A stretch of 64,000 nt of DNA from Eledone cirrhosa. Its lineage: Eukaryota. Location: NCBI GenBank assembly GCA_964016885.1, contig OZ024747.1, positions 25,606,001 through 25,670,000 on the forward strand. Reading direction: 5' to 3'. Shown piece by piece: positions 54,019-64,000 of this stretch (the stretch's first letter is position 1; the number at the start of each line of letters is the position of its first letter). The notes beneath the pieces are model-generated. The model was not told where the DNA came from. It did not search any database and was given only the letters and a program-made list of their open reading frames with translations. A program made the translations under genes and the position numbers.

Positions 54019-54868
54019 TCCTAGACAGGGCAACACTGTACCACACCGGGAGTCATTATAACCAGCTTCTGTGTAAGGTTGTATCCTCCAATATCCAGCA
54101 ACAGGAAAACTAGCCTAAGATTTTGCTGTCACTGGTGAAACACTTTCTTAGCCAACTTCAAACCACTGACCCCAGACATTCTGCAAGAGTTACTTCAGCT
54201 CCTCAAAGTCTTGTGTATTCACAGAGCAGACAGCCCAATGAGCTAACACACCAAAAGAACATCTGCATCAATTCCCAGCATATACACACCAGATGAACAT
54301 TATTGCTCAACCTCAGGCCAACCTCACATCAGCAGTGGAGACACTAGAATGCTACATGCATTAACATCAGAACACTGCTTATAGACAACTATCAACTTTG
54401 TTGGAGGAAATGATAGGGCACAAGAATAGGGCACAATTAGCCATCGTGTTACCATCTCGAATTACAATTATGGATATACCACCATATATTCTGAGTATAT
54501 AATATATAATTTATATATATATATATAATATATAATTTATATATATATATATAATATATATATATATATAATATATAATTTATATATATATATATATTAT
54601 ATATATATATTATATAATATATAATTTATATATATATATATTATATAATATATAATTTATATATATATATATAATTTATATATATATATATATATATAAT
54701 TTATATATATATATAATATATAATTTATACATATATATATATATTATATATATAATTTATATATATATATATATATTATATATATAATTTATATATATAT
54801 ATATATATTATATATATAATTTATATATATATATATATATTATATATATAATTTATATATATATATAT

Positions 54869-54925
<57 letters not shown>

Positions 54926-55121
54926 ATATATATAATATATAATTTATATATATATATATTATATATATAATTTATATATATATATATTATATATATATAT
55001 ATATATATATTATATTTATATATATATATATATATATTATATAATATATAATTTATATATATATATATATATTATATAATATATAATTTATATATATATA
55101 TATATTATATAATATATAATT

Positions 55122-55154
<33 letters not shown>

Positions 55155-55441
55155 ATTTATATATATATATATATATATTATATATAATATATAATTTATA
55201 TATATATATATATATATTATATATAATTTATATATATATATATATATATTATATAATTTATAATTTATATATATATATATATATATATTATATAATTTAT
55301 AATTTATATATATATATATATATATTATATAATTTATATATATATATATATTATATAATTTATATATATATATATATATTATATAATTTATATATATATA
55401 TATATATTATATAATTTATATATATATATATATATTATATA

Positions 55442-55563
<122 letters not shown>

Positions 55564-55618
55564 ATTTATATATATATATATATATATTATAATATATAAT
55601 TTATATATATATATATTA

Positions 55619-55651
<33 letters not shown>

Positions 55652-55941
55652 AAAACAAATAACGAAACGAAATTAAATTTCGTTTCTTGTAACTCACTTT
55701 TGTATGACTGACGCTTAAACAATTAAGTTAAAAATGTACATCCACATATGTATACTGAAATACTAGTATGCATATGAATACACACACGTATACATATGTA
55801 GATGTACCGAGTTTTTCACTGGTCACTTTACTGTGAGTGTCCAGCTATTCTGTATGTAAACACACAGACAAACCGGTTTTTAGAGTCATACTGGTTTTTG
55901 AGGAAACACCTTTCGTCTATTCTCCAGAAAGCCAGACAAGG

Positions 55942-55986
55942 AATATTGAACTAGTTTCGATGTTGTTACATCTCATCAGCAATATT
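55942..55986 (-). ncRNA. Minimal type-I hammerhead ribozyme (family E)
   Basis: Reverse complement of 56275-56319. Confidence 0.85.
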
Positions 55987-56274
55987 TACCTATCTTCCGG
56001 CCCTTTCTAGAGAATCGTAAAAGCACATATCGTTATATACTTTTTCTATGAAAATTAGTAGTGGGCAGACTAATTTGCATAGAGCGTGAGAACGTACCGG
56101 TTCAACGGAGACGATAAAAACAAATAACGAAACGAAATTAAATTTCGTTTCGTTTGTAACTCACTTTTGTATGACTGACGCTTAAACAATTAAGTTAAAA
56201 TGTACATCCACATATGTATACTGAAATACTAGTATGCATATGAATACACACACGTATACATATGTAGATAGGTA

Positions 56275-56319
56275 AATATTGCTGATGAGATGTAACAACA
56301 TCGAAACTAGTTCAATATT
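56275..56319 (+). ncRNA. Minimal type-I hammerhead ribozyme (family E)
   Basis: AATATTG-CTGATGA-GATGT-AACA-ACATC-GAAA-CTAG-TT-CAATATT: perfect 7-bp stem I, 5-bp stem II, palindromic CTAG, GUU triplet. Confidence 0.88.
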
Positions 56320-57035
56320 CCTTGTCTGGCTTTCTGGAGAATAGAGGAAAGGTGTTTCCTCAAAAACCAGTATGACTCTAAAAACCGGTTTGTCTGTGTG
56401 TTTACATACAGAATAGCTGGACACTCACAGTAAAGTGACCAGTGAAAAACTCGGTACATCTACATATGTATACGTGTGTGTATTCATATGCATACTAGTA
56501 TTTCAGTATACATATGTGGATGTACATTTTTAACTTAATTATATATATATATATATAATATATATATATATAATATATTATATAATATATAATTTATATA
56601 TATATATATATATATTATATAATATATAGTTTATATATATATATATTATATAATATATAATTTATATATATATATATATTATATAATATATAATTTATAT
56701 ATATATATATATATTATATAATATATAATTTATATATATATATATATATATATTATATAATATATAATTTATATATATATATATATATTATATAATATAT
56801 AATTTATATATATATATATATTATATAATTTATAATTTATATATATATATATATTATATAATTTATAATTTATATATATATATATATTATATAATTTATA
56901 TATATATATATATAGTATATAATATATAATTTATATATATATATATATTATATAATATATAATTTATATATATATATATATATTATATAATATATAATTT
57001 ATATATATATATTATTTATATATATATATTATATA

Positions 57036-57074
<39 letters not shown>

Positions 57075-57370
57075 TATATAATATATATGTATAATATATA
57101 TATATAAATTATATAATATATATGTATAATAATATATATAAATTAATATATTATATAATATATATGTATAATGTATATATATAATATATATATATAATGT
57201 ATATATATAATATATATATATAAATTATATATTGTATAATATATTGTATAATATATATAAATTATATATTATATAATATATATATATAATATATATATAT
57301 AAATTATATATATATAATATATATAATAATATATATATATATATATATATTATTTATATATATATATATA

Positions 57371-57401
<31 letters not shown>

Positions 57402-57696
57402 TATTTATATATATATATTATTTATATATATATATTATTTATATATATATATATATAATATATATAATATATATATATATATATTATTTATATATATATA
57501 TTATTTTATATATATATATTATTTATATATATATATTATTTATATATATATATTATTTATATATATATATTATTTATATATTATTTATATATATATATGA
57601 TATATATATAATATATATAATATATATATATATATATTATTTATATATTATATTATTTATATATATATATTATATATATATTATTTATATATATAT

Positions 57697-57907
<211 letters not shown>

Positions 57908-57921
57908 ACTATATATATATA

Positions 57922-57961
<40 letters not shown>

Positions 57962-58989
57962 TATATATATATATATATATTATATATATATAATATATAT
58001 ATATAATTTATATATATATATTATATATATTATATTATATAATATATAATTTATATATATATATTATATAATATATAATTTATATATATATATTATATAT
58101 ATATATTATATAATATATAATTTATATATATATATTATATATATATATTATACAATGTATTATACAATATATAATTTATATATATATATTATATATATAT
58201 ATATTATATATATATATTATACAATATATTATACAATATATAATTTATATATATATATTATATATATATTATACAATATATTATACAATATATAATTTAT
58301 ATATATTATATATATATATTATAATATATAATTTATATATATAATATATATATATATATTATACAATATATAATTTATATATATATATTATATATATATA
58401 TTATACAATATATAATTTATATATATATATTATATATATTATACAATATATAATTTATATATATATATTATACATATATATTATATAATATATAATAAAT
58501 AATTTATATATATATATATTATATATATATATATTATATAATATATAATAAATAATTTATATATATATATTATATACATATATATTATATAATATATAAT
58601 TTATATATATATATTATATAATATATAATATATAATAAATAATTTATATATATATATTATATATATATATATTATATAATATATAATATATATATATATA
58701 TTATATAATATATAATATATAATTTATATATATATATTATATATATATATTATATAATATATAATTTATATATATATATTATATAATATATAATATATAG
58801 TTTATATATATATATTATATAATATATAATTTATATATATATATTATATAATATATAATTTATATATATATATTATATATATATATTATATAATATATAA
58901 TTTATATATATATATTATATATATATATATAAATTATATATTATATAATATATATATATAATATATATATATAAATTATATATTATATA

Positions 58990-59020
<31 letters not shown>

Positions 59021-59390
59021 ATTATATAATATATAATTTATATATATATATATTATATAATATATATATTATATAATATATATATATATATATTATATAA
59101 TTTATATATATATAATATATAATATATATATATTATATAATATATATATATATTATATAACATATATATTATATATATATATATATTATATATATATATA
59201 TATTATATATATATATATATTATATATATATAATATATAATATATAAATATAATATATATATATAAATATATAAATATAATATATATATATATAATATAT
59301 AAATATAATATATATAATATATATATATAATATACATAATATATATATATAATATATAAATATATTATATATATATAATATATATATTAT

Positions 59391-59556
59391 ACATGGACAC
59401 ACTAGAGCGGAAGACCAAGGTTAACGTATGTTGACGCCCTAAGGACAGACACTGGTCTGTTGGAGACGCAGGACATGGCAGCGATAATGATTGACAGAGA
59501 CTGCTGGAGAGAACTCGTCCATGGATCTCGGCAATTTTACCTGCCTTAGATAGATA
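59391..59556 (+). mobile_element. Extreme 3' fragment of an RTE-like LINE within (TA)n
   Basis: GRPRLTYVDALRTDTGLLETQDMAAIMIDRDCWRELVHGSRQFYLP*, followed by a (TAGA)n tail. Confidence 0.65.
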
Positions 59557-59927
59557 TAAATAATATATATATATATATAATATATAATATATAATATATA
59601 TATATATATAATATATATAATATATATAATATATAATATATAATATATATATATATATAATATATATAATATATATTATATATATATATATAATATATAT
59701 AATATATATTATATATATAATATATATTATATATATATATATAATATATATAATATATATATATAATATATATATATAATATATATATATATAATATATA
59801 TATATCTAATTATATATATATATAATATATATATATATATAATATATATAATCTATATTATATATATAATATATATAATATATATTATATATATATAATC
59901 TATATTATATATATAATATATATAATA

Positions 59928-61538
59928 TCATCATCATCATCATCATCATCAGGTTTAGCGTCCGTGTTCCACGCTTGCATGGGTTTGGACGGGGGTTTTC
60001 CCACTTGAGGCAAGAGTGGTTGTCTTGCTCGCATAGGACTGTCTGGCGGGTTTTCTACAGTTGGATGCCCTTCCTAACACCAACCACATTTACAGTGTGG
60101 GGCTGGGAGGTTTTTACCGTGTTGCCTACACGGCCACATTTACAGCGTGGACTGTGTGTTTTTTGTCGTGACACCTACACGATCTCATTTGTTTCGGCCT
60201 GGATGTTGTGGGACCAACATAACTTTACATTGAAAGGGGCAGTGTGGATGGGGTGGGGGTGGTGGGACGGGGGTGTATTTTGTTAGAGATGCCTACTGAC
60301 TGTAGTAGGTTTTACTTTGTATTTAGGTAAGGCGGGTCTTCTCTATTACTGAGTACCGCTAAAGGTCTCGGTCCAGTAACATTGTCTTGGAGAGGTGTAA
60401 GTGTGTGAGGTCAGAATTTATCAGCTCGTCCCAGGTTTTTCTGGGTCTTCCTACTCCGTGGCTACCATCTATCTTTATTGCCCTGCACTTTGTTATACAG
60501 CTGTCGTCTTTCATGCACATCACGTGACCATACCAACGTAGCCTTCTCTCGAGTAAACAACATCTGATCCCTCTTATTTCTAATTTTTTCCTTAGTTTGT
60601 TTATGCTTTGCCGTTCACGTATATTACTATTACACATCCAGCGTAGCATGCAAGCTTCGTTCCTCTCTAGTCTGCGTATATCCTCTGCACACAATGCCCA
60701 GGTCTCACTGCCATGCAACATTGCTGTTCGTATGCAGGCATCATACAACCTGCCTTTCATTTTTAGGGAGAACCCTTTAGTGGCTAATAGTGGTATAAGC
60801 TCTCTGAACTTTTTCTATCCAGTTCTGACTCTAGCTACTGTACTTTCAGAGCACCCTCCCCCACTGCTTATTTTGTCACCCAGGTAACGGAACCTATCCA
60901 CTATTTCTATAGAACCCTCTGCGCAATTGAAAGAGCTAGTATTTAGTGGGCACTTGCTGCTACTTATTGCACCAGAGCACCGGCCACATGTAAAATCTGT
61001 GTTCTGAGTTAGCTTACCTGTGATCCCACTACATCTTTTATACACCATACTTTGCATTTGGGACATAAAATGGAGTTTCCTACCTACGCATTTCCTACAC
61101 ACTGAGCATGGCCATTTCCCGGAAGGGACCGGCGCCTTATTTTCTTTCCTACAAACTAGAACTTTAGTCTTAGCCAGGTTAATTTTAAGGCCTTTTGATT
61201 CTAGGCCGTGCTTCCATTTTTGGAATTTCTTCTCTAGCTCGGCCATTGATCATCTGCGTATAGGAGTTCCCATGGGCAGCCGGTCTTGAACTCCTCTGTT
61301 ATAGCCTGAAGGGCAATAATAAATAGTAGGGGGCTAAGAACAGAGCCCTGATGGATACAACTTTACGCTAAACTCTTCACTATATTCGTTGTTAATTCTA
61401 ACCTTGCTGACTGTTTCTTTATACATGGCTTGTATAGCTCTCACAAGCCATTCGTCAACACCTAGTTTTCTAAGAGCCCACCAGATAATGGAATGGGGGA
61501 CTCTGTCGAAGGCTTTCTCCAAGTCGACAAAAGCTAAG
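59928..61538 (-). mobile_element. 5'-truncated RTE LINE (divergent family) with a long SINE-like 3' region
   Basis: LAFVDLEKAFDRVP, GKWPCSVCRK, FRYLGD, LRWYGHV, GRPRKTW. 59928-60190 carries the 48-bp-unit / GGGCATCCAACTGTAGAAA module and a (GAT)n tail. Confidence 0.88.
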
Positions 61539-61554
61539 TATATATATATATATA

Positions 61555-61643
<89 letters not shown>

Positions 61644-61659
61644 TATATATATATAATAT

Positions 61660-61692
<33 letters not shown>

Positions 61693-61711
61693 TATAATAT
61701 ATATATATAAT

Positions 61712-61845
<134 letters not shown>

Positions 61846-61862
61846 ATATATAATATATATAT

Positions 61863-62053
<191 letters not shown>

Positions 62054-62149
62054 TATATATATAATATATAATATATATATATAATATATATAATATATAT
62101 ATATATAATATATATATATAATATATATATAATATATATATATATATAT

Positions 62150-62189
<40 letters not shown>

Positions 62190-62214
62190 TATATAATATA
62201 TATATATTATATAT

Positions 62215-62248
<34 letters not shown>

Positions 62249-62313
62249 ATATTATATATAATATATATATATAATATATATATATATTATATATATATAT
62301 ATATAATATATAT

Positions 62314-62688
<375 letters not shown>

Positions 62689-62698
62689 ATATATATAT

Positions 62699-62742
<44 letters not shown>

Positions 62743-62743
62743 T

Positions 62744-62861
<118 letters not shown>

Positions 62862-62862
62862 N

Positions 62863-63061
62863 NNNNNNNNNNNNNNNNNNNNNNNNNNNNNNNNNNNNNN
62901 NNNNNNNNNNNNNNNNNNNNNNNNNNNNNNNNNNNNNNNNNNNNNNNNNNNNNNNNNNNNNNNNNNNNNNNNNNNNNNNNNNNNNNNNNNNNNNNNNNNN
63001 NNNNNNNNNNNNNNNNNNNNNNNNNNNNNNNNNNNNNNNNNNNNNNNNNNNNNNNNNNNNN
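62863..63061. other. Assembly gap
   Basis: Run of N. Confidence 1.
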
Positions 63062-63299
63062 AGAAAGCCCTGACAAGGGCTAGGGGTTCTTCACTCCCAG
63101 TGGTTTAACTGCGCGATCGGGCATCCAGCCCGATTATTTCTATGTCCCCCGGCGCAAAAAAAAAAATAAAAAAAAAAAAATTACTTATTGACACTTATAC
63201 GTACGACATACACACACACGCATACATATGCGTGCACACAGCAACACTCACACACACAACAAACACACACACACGCTACTCTACTCACTTACACGCACA

Positions 63300-63427
63300 C
63301 ACACACACATATATATATATATATGTGTGTGTGTGTATATATATACATACATATATATATACATACATATATATATATATACATACATATATATATATAC
63401 ACATACATATATATATATATACATACA

Positions 63428-63458
<31 letters not shown>

Positions 63459-63616
63459 TATATATATATACATACATATATATATATATACATACATATA
63501 TATATATACATACATACATATACATCATATATATATACATATATATATATACATACATATATATATATATACATACATATATATATATATACATACATAT
63601 ATATATATATACATAC

Positions 63617-63647
<31 letters not shown>

Positions 63648-63668
63648 CATACATATATATATACATAC

Positions 63669-63699
<31 letters not shown>

Positions 63700-63724
63700 C
63701 ATACATATATATATATATACATAC

Positions 63725-63755
<31 letters not shown>

Positions 63756-64000
63756 CATACATATATATATATATACATACATATATATATATATACATAC
63801 ATATATATATATATACATACATATATATATACATACATATATAATATATACATACATATATATATATACATACATATATATATATATACATACATATATA
63901 TATATATACATACATATATATATACATACATATATATATATATACATACATATATATATATACATACATATATATATATATACATACATATATATATATA
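63300..64000. repeat. (TA)n/(TACA) compound microsatellite
   Basis: Directly visible in the sequence. Confidence 0.95.

Larger units (their letters stand above)
55651..56540. mobile_element. Hammerhead element (family E) with A-B-C-A-B'-A' direct and inverted repeat structure, inside (TA)n
   Basis: Direct repeat A at 55651-55803 and 56116-56269. Inverted repeat 55721-55995 versus 56266-56540. Unique segment C at 55996-56115. No ORF. Confidence 0.85.

Overview
This is AT-rich, repeat-dominated eukaryotic DNA with no intact host gene that I can support. The repeat content suggests a cephalopod (Octopus-like) genome, which is an inference. Ordinary content: one near-full-length but frameshifted RTE-clade LINE (41.1-44.2 kb), several RTE and CRE-like 3' fragments, many tRNA-derived SINEs, an internally deleted hAT transposon, hAT and TTAA MITEs, a non-autonomous Helitron, a decayed Tigger/pogo, a ~10 kb three-phase CAC/TAC satellite, multi-kb (TA)n arrays and an assembly gap. 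The main discovery is at least eight minimal type-I hammerhead ribozyme motifs (stem I-CUGANGA-stem II-GAAA-short, mostly self-complementary stem III-UH-stem I'), from about five sequence families. They sit in short non-coding elements inserted in or beside (TA)n microsatellites. Several of these elements are long fold-back palindromes or have direct plus inverted terminal repeats. I infer a set of Penelope-like or retrozyme-like non-autonomous retroelements that target TA microsatellites. All motifs were found by eye; no folding or database search was run.
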